Part shown: positions 46,801 to 56,859 of the stretch, in pieces | Position numbering within the stretch: position 1 is the first letter of the stretch | Layout of the letters: each line of letters starts with the position of its first letter | Source: Thecamonas trahens ATCC 50062 | Lineage: Eukaryota; Protista; Apusomonadida | Assembly: GCF_000142905.1 (NCBI RefSeq) | Contig: NW_013657668.1 | Location: forward strand, 482,644-546,491 | Reading direction: 5' to 3' | DNA: 63,848 nucleotides | Program-made: the position numbers and the translations under genes | The notes under the pieces: generated by a model | Seen by the model: only the letters and a program-made list of their open reading frames with translations | The model's database searches: none | What the model was told of the DNA's origin: nothing

Positions 46801-49280
46801 GTACCGACCGGGAGCCGGACAATGGCGTCCGGGTACGCCTCGGCATCGTCAAAGTATGTGGCGGCGGCGCCGGGAACCGACCAGAGGATCTCGCCCGCTG
46901 TGGTGTTGACGGCGCTGGCCGAGATGTTAGACTGGGAGAGGTAGACGGTGCCAACAAAGCAGTCGCGGGCAATGGTGAGGAGCGGGGTGGCATCGTCGAG
47001 AAAGTCGGTGATGACCGGGTCGGCAGCCGAGGCTTCGATGTAAACGTTGGCGACATCGCCAGGCAGACCAGCGCCGCCGGGTCCGCCGGTCCCGCCGGCC
47101 CCGCCAGCTCCACCATCGGCGCCAGCGCCGACGACGTCGAGGAACGTCGAGTTTGCGGTGACGTACTCGACGCCTTCGTTGCATGTAATGACGACGGAGC
47201 CGTTGCAGTAAGAGGGGACGTAGCCCGAGGTGCACCTGCCGAGAAAGTAGAGGCCGCCACACTGTTCAGGCACGATGTTTCCAGAGCAGGAGGCCGTGGC
47301 GTTGTTGTTGACGCACACTTCAACGGTCTCTTCGGGCACAAAGGTAGTGTTGAGCCAGGAAGCGCAGGTGTAGCCGGCGATGGCGTATGTCCCGTTGCAG
47401 CATTCGGCGGTGGCGTTGCCTGAGCAGCACGGGCGCGGCGCGGCGCAGTCATCGAGAAAGACACCTGTGGAGCAGTACGGCTCGAGAGTGCCTGCGCAGC
47501 AAGCGGCGGTGGCGTTGCCGAGGCAGCAGCCTTCAGTGCCGGCGCACGTGGCGTTGTACTCGAACGCGCCGGAGGAGCAGTTGAGGCCGTAGGTACCTGT
47601 GCAGCATGCGGCGGTCGCGGTGTCGTTGCCGTAGCAGCACGCGTCTTGTGGAGTCGACCAAGTGCCGTTGGTGCACGCCAGCTCGTAGGTCCCATTTGAG
47701 CAGCAAGCTTCGGTGGTGTTGCCGAGGCAGCAGTCAGCCGCGCCGGCGCATGTGGCGTTGTAGTCCCAGGTTGCGCCGTGGCAGAGGGCCTCGGGCGTGC
47801 CGCCAACGCAGACCGGCTGCGGGTTGGCATCGCGCGGGCAGCATGAGGCGTAGGGACAGTCATGGACGTAGGTGCCGTTGGCGCAGGTAAAGACTGGTTC
47901 CCAGTGGGTGCAGTTTGCAACAGTGACGTACTGGACGGTGGCATCGCCGGTGAAGACGCCACCAATGCCGCCGTCGCCACCAGCGCCGCCGGCGCCGCCA
48001 GGGCCGCCGACGCCGCCGGTGCCACCAGGACCGGCCTCGAGCGAGCACATGCGGAAGACGCCGTTGGCGCCGTTGTTGAAGACATAGACGGCAAAGTTGC
48101 CGCCGCCGGAGAAGCCACCTGTTCCCGGATAGCCGCCTTGACCGCCGCCGCCGCCGCCGCCACCGCCGGAGCCGGCACCAAAGACGGTGATGTTGGTGGA
48201 GCGGAAGCCGCCGCCGCCACCGCCGCCAGAACCGCCCTCGCCGCCGTAGCCGGCGGTGCCGTTTGCGCCGCGGCCGCCGGGAAAGTAAAATCCTGCAGCG
48301 TGGATGGGAAGCTGAGCTGAGACGCCTCCCTCGTCGCCGGCGGCGCCCGAGACGCCGTCGACGGCGACACCGCCTGTGCCGCCCGGCGGGCCTGCCGTGC
48401 CGCCGACGCCTCCCGGTCCGCCGAGAGGTGAGGCACCGCCATCGGCACCATGCCATCCGGCGGGTCCGCCTGAGCCGCCGCCGCCACCGCCCATGCCGTC
48501 TTGAGTCATGTTGGTGCCGAGCTGCATCGAGCCGGCGGTCGAGTTGACGCCGGCGGTCCCGCCGTAGACGCCGGCACCGGCGCCGCCGGTCCCGCCAAGG
48601 CCCGGTGCGTTCTCGAGCTCCTTCGTCCCGTTGCCGCCGGAGAGACCGGGCAAACCGGGCAGGCCAGGGGCGCCTGCGGTGCCCGGAGCGCCAGAGGAGG
48701 CGGCACCGGTGACGACGCGGACCCGAGTAAAGGTGTAGTCAGAGCAGGCCTCGAGACGGATGCCGTAGATGGTGACACCAGCAGCCGAAGAAGCAGGAGC
48801 GTCTGCGACTTGAAGCCGCAAAGTATGCAGCTCAAAGTGAGAAGCATCCGTAGCGATGAGACCGGCGATGTAAGGGTAGGAGGCGTTGCCATCGACATTG
48901 AGAGATGATCGGAAGAGGACAGTCGTGTCTGGGTTGTTTGTCCTCGACCAGGCCGCAGGCTCGTAACCACCTTGAACAAAGGTATACGACGGGAGGGCCA
49001 GAGCGGTATCAAACGAGTATGTACCGGTAGCAAGGTAGACATAGACCGTATCATCGGCACTACCACACAGCGCAGCCAGTTCCAGTCCGTGACCAAGTGT
49101 GGTGGGTGCAGAGCGAGTGCCATTGGAGCCACTGTCGCCCGTCACCGTTACAAACACTTCCAAAGCATTCACATCAAGCGGACAGAGAGCTTGAGATGTT
49201 GATGTCAAGACAACGAGGACGAGGACGAGGACGAGGATGGTGGTGGTGGTGGTGGTGGTGGTGGTGGTGGTGGTGGTCAT
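37804..49280 (-). CDS. Giant modular surface protein of about 3825 aa: signal peptide, beta-helix-like domain, Gly-rich PGRS-like region, Cys-rich insert, EGF, sushi/CCP repeats, Big_5-type Ig repeats, IPT/TIG repeats, Cys-rich region, multi-TM module; one-base frameshift near 42963
   Basis: The 2110-aa and 1920-aa ORFs join within a Big_5 repeat (...PIS(x)xFSEPM). Repeated FSEPM/FNEAM...D..GN motifs, C..GY.L.G...RTC...G.WS sushi motifs, and P.SGP.GT.V.I.G IPT motifs. C-terminal CAAEYTGPLCGVC, FKIMINFLQ, FAC...LAADMSLACY, YAFLV.GF....YYWE..ILVRK. Confidence 0.8.
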
Positions 49281-49773
49281 GGTCGATGTGGGTGGGAGGG
49301 GGGGGAGGGGCGGGGGGAGGGGGAAAGAATGAACTCCTCGGGGGGAGGAGACGGGGTGAGGGAGGGGAAGGGGGGAGTGGGGGGAGGGGTGAGGAGGAGT
49401 GGAGGTAGGAGGAGAAAGAGAGAGGGAGTGAGGGAGTGGCGTTGGGTGTTAGGCGGCAACAGATGAGGGGGGTGGGGGGTGGGGGGTGGGGGGTGGGGGA
49501 GGGGGGTGGCAGGAAGGCTCGAAGACACCCGTGCCACCACCCACGTGGACCGTGGCGCATCAAGTTGAGGATGATTTTTTTGGGGCGGAGGTGGCTGGCG
49601 TGAGGGAGCGCGAGCTTGGCTGCCTTACCGGTTGTCAAGTCGATTGCTTTTTAGCATGGCATTGCCAGCGAGTATTGGTGTGCTGTGTGCTGTATAGTGT
49701 GGCTGTCATGTGGCGAGATGATCAAGGGGTAGGGGGTGGGATGGGGGTGCAACAAGGAGTGCAGCGCGACATA

Positions 49774-50204
49774 CGCCCAGCCATCGCCCAGCCATCGCCC
49801 AGCCATCGCCCAGCCATCGCCCAGCCATCGCCCAGCCATCGCCCAGCCATCGCCCAGCCATCGCCCAGCCATCGCCCAGCCATCGCCCGGCCATCACCCA
49901 GCCATCGCCCAGCCATCGCCCAGCCATCGCCCAGCCATCGCCCAGCCATCGCCCGGCCATCACCCAGCCATCGCCCAGCCATCGCCCAGCCATCGCCCAG
50001 CCATCGCCCAGCCATCGCCCGGCCATCACCCAGCCATCGCCCAGCCATCGCCCAGCCATCGCCCAGCCATCGTCCAGCCATCGCCCAGCCATCGCCCAGC
50101 CATCGCCCAGCCATCGCCCAGCCATCGCCCAGCCATCGCCCAGCCATCGCCCAGCCATCGCCCAGCCATGCCCAGCCATCGCCCAGCCATCGCCCAGCCA
50201 TCGC
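49774..50204. repeat. 11-bp tandem minisatellite (CCCAGCCATCG) x about 39, with a 66-bp higher-order pattern
   Basis: Read directly. The variant unit CCCGGCCATCA occurs at 49886, 49952 and 50018. Confidence 0.97.
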
Positions 50205-50413
50205 TCACCTTCATTCGCATCCGTTCACCTTTCCCCACTCGCCACCACCACCTGACCCCACCCAACACCCACCACCCTCCCGCCCTCCCCACCCCACCCA
50301 CTCCACCACACCACACCACACCGCACCGCACCCCACAACCTTCCACCCACCCACTATCTCCCCCCTCCCCCTCCCCCTCCCTACGTACCCTCCCTCTACT
50401 CTCGACACCCGCC

Positions 50414-51865
50414 ATGTCTGGGCGCAAGACGTCGTCGTCGTACTTTGCCGAAATCGACAAGTCCCTCCGAAAGAGAGCAGGCAGTTCACCGAGCTCATCT
50501 GCTTCGTCAAGGTCAAGGGCGTCCGCAGTACACCGTTCTGGAAGGGGAAGCAGTGCTAGTGGCTGTTTTGGTCATGGTTCTGGTCCTGCTTTGACGGCGG
50601 TGGCTGGCTCGTGGTCACACTCGCCGCTGCGCTCACAGGGCTTGCCTTCGCCTCACACCACTGCTCCTTCAGGCGCTCGTCGGCAAGACGCGGCTGATGA
50701 CGACTCGGTGCGGAGCTCGGGCTCACCGAGATCTCGTTCGACTCAGTCTCCTCGTTCGCTGAGCACGATGAAGGCAAGAGCAGGCGGGCGGGTCCAGTCG
50801 GGTCCGCCGTCGGGCCGGACGGGACAGGCACAGGCGGAGGGGCGTGTGCGGGCTTTGGAGGGCAATGAGGCGAGCTCGCTGGAGGCAGCGCGGGACCTGG
50901 CGGTGGGCTCGGTGCGTGCAGGGTCCGAGCCGCGATCACTGGGTGCAAGCCGTGGCTCGGGCGATGACGCCAGCGACGTCGTCCTGGTTCCACACTCGTC
51001 GCTAGAGCGCGTGGTGGAGGAAGAGTTGCATAGAGGCGTCGGCTCGGCATCGTCTGGACGCGAGTCTCAGCGCAAGCGGCGGGTGCTGCGGCACTCGTTT
51101 GATGCTCACGAGCCGAACAGCAGCACTTCGCCGACGCGGCCGACTGCGGTGGCGCTGTATGACTTCAAGGGCCGCGATGGGTCGCAGCTCTCGTTCAAGC
51201 GCGGCGACGTCCTCTTGCTTGTCTCCACCGTCTCGACGTGGTGGACTGCAGAACTCGATGGTCGCCGCGGCAAGATTCCCTTCAACTACGTCCGGGTCCG
51301 CGACGAGTCGGAGGCCTCGGCCAGCGACGCCAGCCTCAAACGTCGCGAGCAAACCTCTCCAGGCATCGATGCTGGCTTTGGGCCTTCCATCAGTGTCTCT
51401 GCCGCGAGTGGAGGTGGGTCCGCTGGCGAGAGCCGGGCCGAGGTGGCGTCCTCCGGACGGGTGGCAGCCGCCCAGGCTGCGCGCCGGCGCAAGGCCCGCG
51501 TCTACACCCATGGGCGAGTGGACAAAGTCAAGGAAACCCCTCAGCTTGTCTCGCGGGAGTCGCTCCATGCGGCGTACGCCGAAATCGACCGACTCCGGCA
51601 GCTGCTCGTGGTGACCCAGCAAGAGTCGATTGCCAAGTCCAAACTCGTCCACTCACTCACACGCAGCCTCGCGGTGTCGGGTGATGAGGTCCGCCAGCTC
51701 AAGGCCGAAAATCGCCATGCTGCCAAGGTGGCGAAGGCCCAAGCCGAGAACTGTGCCTCGGGCGCATGTCAGGTCTCCTCGCTAGCGGCCACCAAGTACG
51801 CCATCCGTGCCATGACCTCGACGGCGAGCCGGCGGCTCCACGCGGGTTCTGCACCGACCAAGTGA
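50414..51865 (+). CDS. SH3-domain protein with low-complexity N-terminus and C-terminal coiled coil
   Basis: GCCATG start after a C-rich leader. AVALYDFKGRDGSQLSFKRGDVL...WWTAELDGRRGKIPFNYV. It may be spliced to the downstream coiled-coil ORF through GTGAG at 51862. Confidence 0.82.
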   Translation: MSGRKTSSSYFAEIDKSLRKRAGSSPSSSASSRSRASAVHRSGRGSSASGCFGHGSGPALTAVAGSWSHSPLRSQGLPSPHTTAPSGARRQDAADDDSVRSSGSPRSRSTQSPRSLSTMKARAGGRVQSGPPSGRTGQAQAEGRVRALEGNEASSLEAARDLAVGSVRAGSEPRSLGASRGSGDDASDVVLVPHSSLERVVEEELHRGVGSASSGRESQRKRRVLRHSFDAHEPNSSTSPTRPTAVALYDFKGRDGSQLSFKRGDVLLLVSTVSTWWTAELDGRRGKIPFNYVRVRDESEASASDASLKRREQTSPGIDAGFGPSISVSAASGGGSAGESRAEVASSGRVAAAQAARRRKARVYTHGRVDKVKETPQLVSRESLHAAYAEIDRLRQLLVVTQQESIAKSKLVHSLTRSLAVSGDEVRQLKAENRHAAKVAKAQAENCASGACQVSSLAATKYAIRAMTSTASRRLHAGSAPTK

Positions 51866-52145
51866 GAGCACGCCTGCCCGCCTGCCCACCTACCCGCTCC
51901 TTCAATGAACTCGGTTTCCTCTGTCTACTCTCCCGCCTGAATCATCGCCGCTCATCACCTGATCCATCGCCCTCCCCCCCCCCCCCCCCGCCCAACCCGT
52001 CGTCTGCCTGCCACTGATCGCCCGCCCGTCGCCACAGACAGGCAGCCCACCCCCTGCCCTCCTCTCCCCTCGCCCCTCGCTCTCGCCCACCACCACCACC
52101 CCACCCACCACCACTCCTGCCCACACCAGCCAACACCAGGCATAT

Positions 52146-54044
52146 ATGAACGCCACCGAGCAGCTGTTTGCCGAGCTCGAGGCGGTCTACGCCACAGCTG
52201 ACGAGCTTCGGGCTGTGCTGGCCAGCGCGCGCGAAAGCAACGAGAGTTTGAAAGAGAGCGAGGCGACGGTTCGGAAGGAGCGGGACGAGGCCGTGGCAGC
52301 CAAGAATGAGCTGATACTCGAGCTGAAGCGCGTCAGGGACAATGCATGTGCTACAGAGTCTCGTTTGGCTGACACAGAGAGCGAGATAGCTCGTTTGGCT
52401 GGCCTTCAATCCCAGAACGGCGCACTTGTCGAGCAGATCGAGGCTCTGAAGGCGCGGGCAGAGGCGGCTGAGCGCAAAGGCTGCGACGCCCAGAAGAGTG
52501 CTGATGGGTGGCAGAAGCGGGCTGAAGCAGCAGGAGGAGAGGCCCGGGCACTGGGGGCGGCACTGGCGGCGGCTCAGGCCAAGGTGCAGGTGCAGGCAGC
52601 CGAGGCGGCGTCGGTGGCGGAGATCCGGGCGGCGCGTGAGGAGGCACTGTCCGAGGCCAAGGCCCGAGCTGCAGCGCTAGCGCGCGAGGTTCGTGACGCT
52701 CGCGCCGAGCGCGATGCGCTGGCAGACAAGCTGGCGACAGTTCGTGACGACGCGGCGCGCTTGGCGGCGGTAGCGGCGGCGGGGCGTGCCGAGATCGAGG
52801 CGATGCAGGCCGAGACGGGCAAGGCTGCCCAGCAGGCGGCGGCGGCGCGGCAGGCCCGCGATGTGGCCATCGCCGAGGAGGCTCGACGGAGCGCAGCGCT
52901 CGAGGACGCGCTGCAGCGTGCTCACACTATGCTCGAGGAGTCGCGTGCTGAGCTCCGCTCGAGCAGTGCGGCGTTGAGTACGCTGCGCGAAGAGGTGGAC
53001 GCGCTCAAGGAGACGGCGGCACGGCTGGCTCGCGAGCGCGATGCGGCGCGGGCCGAGGCGGCGGCAACCAGCGCCGAGCTCAAGGGCGTGACGGCAAGCC
53101 ATCACTCGACACTCAACGCGCTTACAGCCGCCGAGCTCAAGCAGGCCGCCGCCGAAGCCGCCGCTGCCGAGCTCCGGGCCGGGCGCGACAAGCTCGAGGC
53201 GCAGCTTACCGAGTCGCGGACGGATGCGGCGGCAGCTCTCGAAGCGAGCCGAGTTGCTGAGACGCGAGTGGCCCAGCTCGAGGGCGAGCTCAAGATTGTG
53301 CGCAGCGAGAAGCGGTCGCTGGCAGCAGCCTTCCGCGCGGCGCAGGACGCGTTTGCAAGTGCAGTCGAGGGTATGGAAGCCGAGGCACGGCAGATGGCAA
53401 GCGAGCGCGACGGAGCCAAGCGCGAGTCGGCGGCACTGCATGCTCAGATGCAGGCGGCGGCGAGCCAGCGGGAGAGCCTGGTCGCCGAGGTCACTGGCCA
53501 GCTGGTGCAGCTGTCCGAGGCCGAGGAGCACACGTCGTCGGCACTGAGCGTGGCACAGACCGAAGCCTCGCTCTACTCGCGGCGGGTGGGCGCGCTCGAG
53601 TCGGCGCTTGCGGAGCTGAAGCGGATGCTCGAGACGGCGACGAGCGCGCTCGCCGAGTCGAACGCCGAAGTAGAGCGGCTACAGAGTGAGCTCGCCGAGA
53701 CGGCAGCCGAGGCGGCGGCGGCGACAGCGGCGGTGGGTGAGGCGCGGACGGCGGCGGCGACGGCCGAGGCGCGGGCAACCGCGACAGCGGCGACGGCGGC
53801 GGTGGCGCAGGCTAAGCTCGATGCAGCACTCGAGGCACAGGCCAAGCTCGATCGCGAGACGGCAGCGACACGCGAGGCGTTGGCAGCGGCCGAAGTCTCT
53901 GCGGCGGATCTCTCGTCGCGGTCGCTGCTCCGTGTACAGCAGCTGGAGTTTGAGCTTGCAACGGCGCGGCGCGAGGCTGCCGACTCCAAGCGCGAGCTGG
54001 AGAGTCTCCGCAAGCTCTGTGTCGAGTTGAGGGCGCTTCTTTAA
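52146..54044 (+). CDS. Long coiled-coil protein (possibly the 3' exon of the SH3 gene)
   Basis: 632 aa of A/E/R/L-rich heptads with typical codon usage. Confidence 0.8.
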   Translation: MNATEQLFAELEAVYATADELRAVLASARESNESLKESEATVRKERDEAVAAKNELILELKRVRDNACATESRLADTESEIARLAGLQSQNGALVEQIEALKARAEAAERKGCDAQKSADGWQKRAEAAGGEARALGAALAAAQAKVQVQAAEAASVAEIRAAREEALSEAKARAAALAREVRDARAERDALADKLATVRDDAARLAAVAAAGRAEIEAMQAETGKAAQQAAAARQARDVAIAEEARRSAALEDALQRAHTMLEESRAELRSSSAALSTLREEVDALKETAARLARERDAARAEAAATSAELKGVTASHHSTLNALTAAELKQAAAEAAAAELRAGRDKLEAQLTESRTDAAAALEASRVAETRVAQLEGELKIVRSEKRSLAAAFRAAQDAFASAVEGMEAEARQMASERDGAKRESAALHAQMQAAASQRESLVAEVTGQLVQLSEAEEHTSSALSVAQTEASLYSRRVGALESALAELKRMLETATSALAESNAEVERLQSELAETAAEAAAATAAVGEARTAAATAEARATATAATAAVAQAKLDAALEAQAKLDRETAATREALAAAEVSAADLSSRSLLRVQQLEFELATARREAADSKRELESLRKLCVELRALL

Positions 54045-54054
54045 TGCATGCGTT

Positions 54055-54468
54055 CTAGCGGAGGACGGCGACAAGCTCGAGATCCGTGTTGAGTGCGAGG
54101 CCGAGGGCGGTGTCGCGGGCGCGGATGCGGCGGAAGCCGCTGGCGCGCGCTGTCCGCAGTGCGAGCTTGTGCGACGGCACGCCGCTGGCCTCTGCGGCGG
54201 CGACGATGGCAGAGACCAACGGTGCCTTCCATGTTGTGTCAAAGGCCATAGGCTCGGGCACATCGCGGCTGCGGCCGGAGCCGCGCTCGAACGAGATAGT
54301 GAGGCTGATGGGCCCGTTGTCGTTGTAAAACTTGTTGCCGCATGTTGAGCATCGGCACACGCCCGACTTCTCGGCGAGCTTGACGGCCTCGGCCTCGCCT
54401 GTAGACGCGCACGCAAGCGCCGACGCCACTGCGCATCGATCACCACCCCAATGCTGCTCAAACTTCAT
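54055..54468 (-). CDS. Hypothetical protein with a CxC..C motif and possible C-terminal ubiquitin-like fold; 5' extent uncertain
   Basis: 137-aa ORF (VCRCSTCGNKFY; PLVSAIVAAAEASGVPSHKLAL...DTALGLALNTDLELVAV). The frame stays open about 90 nt upstream of the ATG. It is convergent with its neighbour at 10 bp, like other real genes here. Confidence 0.5.
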   Translation of the reverse strand: MKFEQHWGGDRCAVASALACASTGEAEAVKLAEKSGVCRCSTCGNKFYNDNGPISLTISFERGSGRSRDVPEPMAFDTTWKAPLVSAIVAAAEASGVPSHKLALRTARASGFRRIRARDTALGLALNTDLELVAVLR

Positions 54469-55287
54469 GATTGGTGGGGCGGGGGTATGGAACTGCGAAA
54501 GTGTGTGGTTGTAGTTGCAGATGCCGAGCGCCCCGCTCTCGTTGTGGCGCGCCGATAGTCATAGTAAATGTGGCGGAGCAGCATGTGGCGGAGCAGGTGC
54601 CGGAAGGGCGACCCAACCGGCACATCCGCCACATGTTCAATGGAACAAGCACGTGATAAGAGATGGAAGATGTGACTATCTGTTGTCTTGCGCCTCTGAT
54701 GATCCTGGCGCTCGCCGGCGCTGTTTGAGTTGGTCTCTCCGACGGCTACCGCCTCGCCGTCGCCTCGCCGCCGCCGACCCTCGCCGCTGAATGCTGGGCG
54801 CTATTGAGGGAGAGCCAGCGACGGTCTTGGACAGCCCACCAAGGCAGCATTCGCAATGCCACAGTTCGCAGTCTCACATGATGATGGCTGTGAATGGTTA
54901 TGCCTGTGGGCATACCTCTGCCGACATCTCGCCATCAACCATCTCTTGCCAAGTTGAACATGGTTGAGGTCAAACCCGATCGTGTCCAACCCCGCCCACC
55001 CCTCACCCTGGCCCTTCACCCAAGCCCATCACTCCGTCTCACTTTGCCCCAGTCATCTCACTTGTCCCTGACAAGGTCAACGCCCTCATCGGCCCGCATC
55101 TCGCCTCACCCGCATGCCCCCAATTTGAGGCCACAACCCAAAAATGCAAAAGTCGCCAACGTCAGTGCGACGCCAGCAATAGTCGCGTTGCCAGCCGGGC
55201 GGCGGCTCGCCAGCTGGTGGGCAAGGCAGGGCAGGGCAAGCAACGGGAGGTGAGGCCACCTCACTTTGAGACAGACAGTGGCAGAGG

Positions 55288-56859
55288 ATGACGAGAGTGG
55301 AACTGATTGTACATGGCAACTTTGTGCACTCCAAGTCGTTTGACGAGTTGGAGGTGCTAGAGGCGAGCTACGTGGGCGTGGACAACAAAGGGAGCATTGT
55401 GTTTATGGCCTCTGCTGAGGAGATGTCTGGTGTGGAGGCTGCGTTTGGCTTTACTCTTGATGACTTTGATGGACGACTGGTGGATACTCTGGCGGGCAAG
55501 GATCGGGCCGATGGTACTTTTATTGTTCCTGGCTACATCGATACCCATGTCCATGCTCCGCAGTATGCCTTTGCTGGCCTGGGTCTGGACATGCCTCTCC
55601 TCCAGTGGCTCGAGACGTACACCTATCCCATGGAGGCTCGATTTGCCGACACCGACTTTGCTGCTGTGGTGTACAAGGCCATGCTCAAGCGCATGGTGGC
55701 TGCAGGCACCACCACGGCTTGCATGTTTGGCACTCTTCACGCCCCGGCTTCCGTTGATCTTGCCCGCTACTCGCGCGACGTCGGCCTCCGCGGCCTCGTC
55801 GGCAAGGTCTGCATGGACTCGCACGCACCAGACAACTACATCGAGCCGAGCGCAGAGGACTCGCTTGCCGCCACCAAGGACTTTGTCCGCGATGTACTCG
55901 CTCTCGACAACGCGCGTGTCCGTCCGGTCATTACCCCGCGCTTTGCGCCGTCGTGCTCGGCTGAGCTCCTCGCCGGCCTCGGCCAACTCGCCACCGACTT
56001 TGGCGGCCTCCACATCCAGAGCCACATCTCCGAGTCGCCGGCCGAAATCGCCTGGGTCCGCGACCTCTTCCCCGACGCTGCCTCGTATGCCGACGTCTAC
56101 GCCGCCGCTGGCCTGCTCACCAAGCGGACCGTCATGGCCCACGGCATTCACCTCACGCCCGATGAGATGTCGCTCTTTGCCCGCGCCCGCACCGGCGTCT
56201 CACACTGCCCGGCCTCCAACTTTGGCCTCACCTCGGGCATCCTCAACGTTCTCGACCTCGTCCAGTACGACATCGATGTCGGCCTCGGCACCGACGTCGC
56301 CGGCGGCCCGGCCATTTCCATCCTCGATGCCATGCGCCTCGCCCTCGTCGCCTCCAAGATCCTCACCATGCCGCAGCACCAGGCCAACCGCAAGCCCAAC
56401 TCGGACGCCCTCTCCATCCATAACGTCTTCTACATGGCCACCATGGGCGGCGCCCGCGTCCTCGACATGCACCACTCGGTCGGATCGTTTGCCGTCGGCA
56501 AGCAGTTTGACGCCGTCGTCGTTGACGCTCTCGCTCCAGACTCGCCCTTTGACGTCTTTGCCACCGACACCTCGCTCCACGCGCTCTTTGAAAAGTACCT
56601 CATCCTCGGTGACGATCGCAACCACGCCGCCGTCTACGTCGCCGGCGAGCTCATCCACACCCGCGAGACCTTCTCCCACTCGGCTGAGTCGTCCACCACC
56701 ACTACCACATGGCACAAGTCGCCGCTCTCTCGCCGCTCCCGCCGCTCCCGCCGCTCCTGCGCCCCGCAAGCCTCGACCGCCCTCATCGCCGCCCGCGCTG
56801 CCTCGGTCATTACTGCTGCCGCCGCCGCCGCCATCGCCGTCTTTACCACCACCGCCTAG
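55288..56859 (+). CDS. GDA: Guanine deaminase
   Basis: PGYIDTHVHAPQY, PLLQWLETYTYPME, GTTTA, GKVCMD, ITPRFAPSC, IQSHISE, MAHGIHL, SHCPASN, VGLGTDVAGG, GDDRN. Confidence 0.96.
   Translation: MTRVELIVHGNFVHSKSFDELEVLEASYVGVDNKGSIVFMASAEEMSGVEAAFGFTLDDFDGRLVDTLAGKDRADGTFIVPGYIDTHVHAPQYAFAGLGLDMPLLQWLETYTYPMEARFADTDFAAVVYKAMLKRMVAAGTTTACMFGTLHAPASVDLARYSRDVGLRGLVGKVCMDSHAPDNYIEPSAEDSLAATKDFVRDVLALDNARVRPVITPRFAPSCSAELLAGLGQLATDFGGLHIQSHISESPAEIAWVRDLFPDAASYADVYAAAGLLTKRTVMAHGIHLTPDEMSLFARARTGVSHCPASNFGLTSGILNVLDLVQYDIDVGLGTDVAGGPAISILDAMRLALVASKILTMPQHQANRKPNSDALSIHNVFYMATMGGARVLDMHHSVGSFAVGKQFDAVVVDALAPDSPFDVFATDTSLHALFEKYLILGDDRNHAAVYVAGELIHTRETFSHSAESSTTTTTWHKSPLSRRSRRSRRSCAPQASTALIAARAASVITAAAAAAIAVFTTTA

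Noticed and set aside
49651-50559. ORFs with PSPSHRPAIAQ / MAGRWLGDGWA repeats
   Set aside because: These are translations of the stop-free 11-bp minisatellite. The SH3 gene has a good GCCATG start at 50414.
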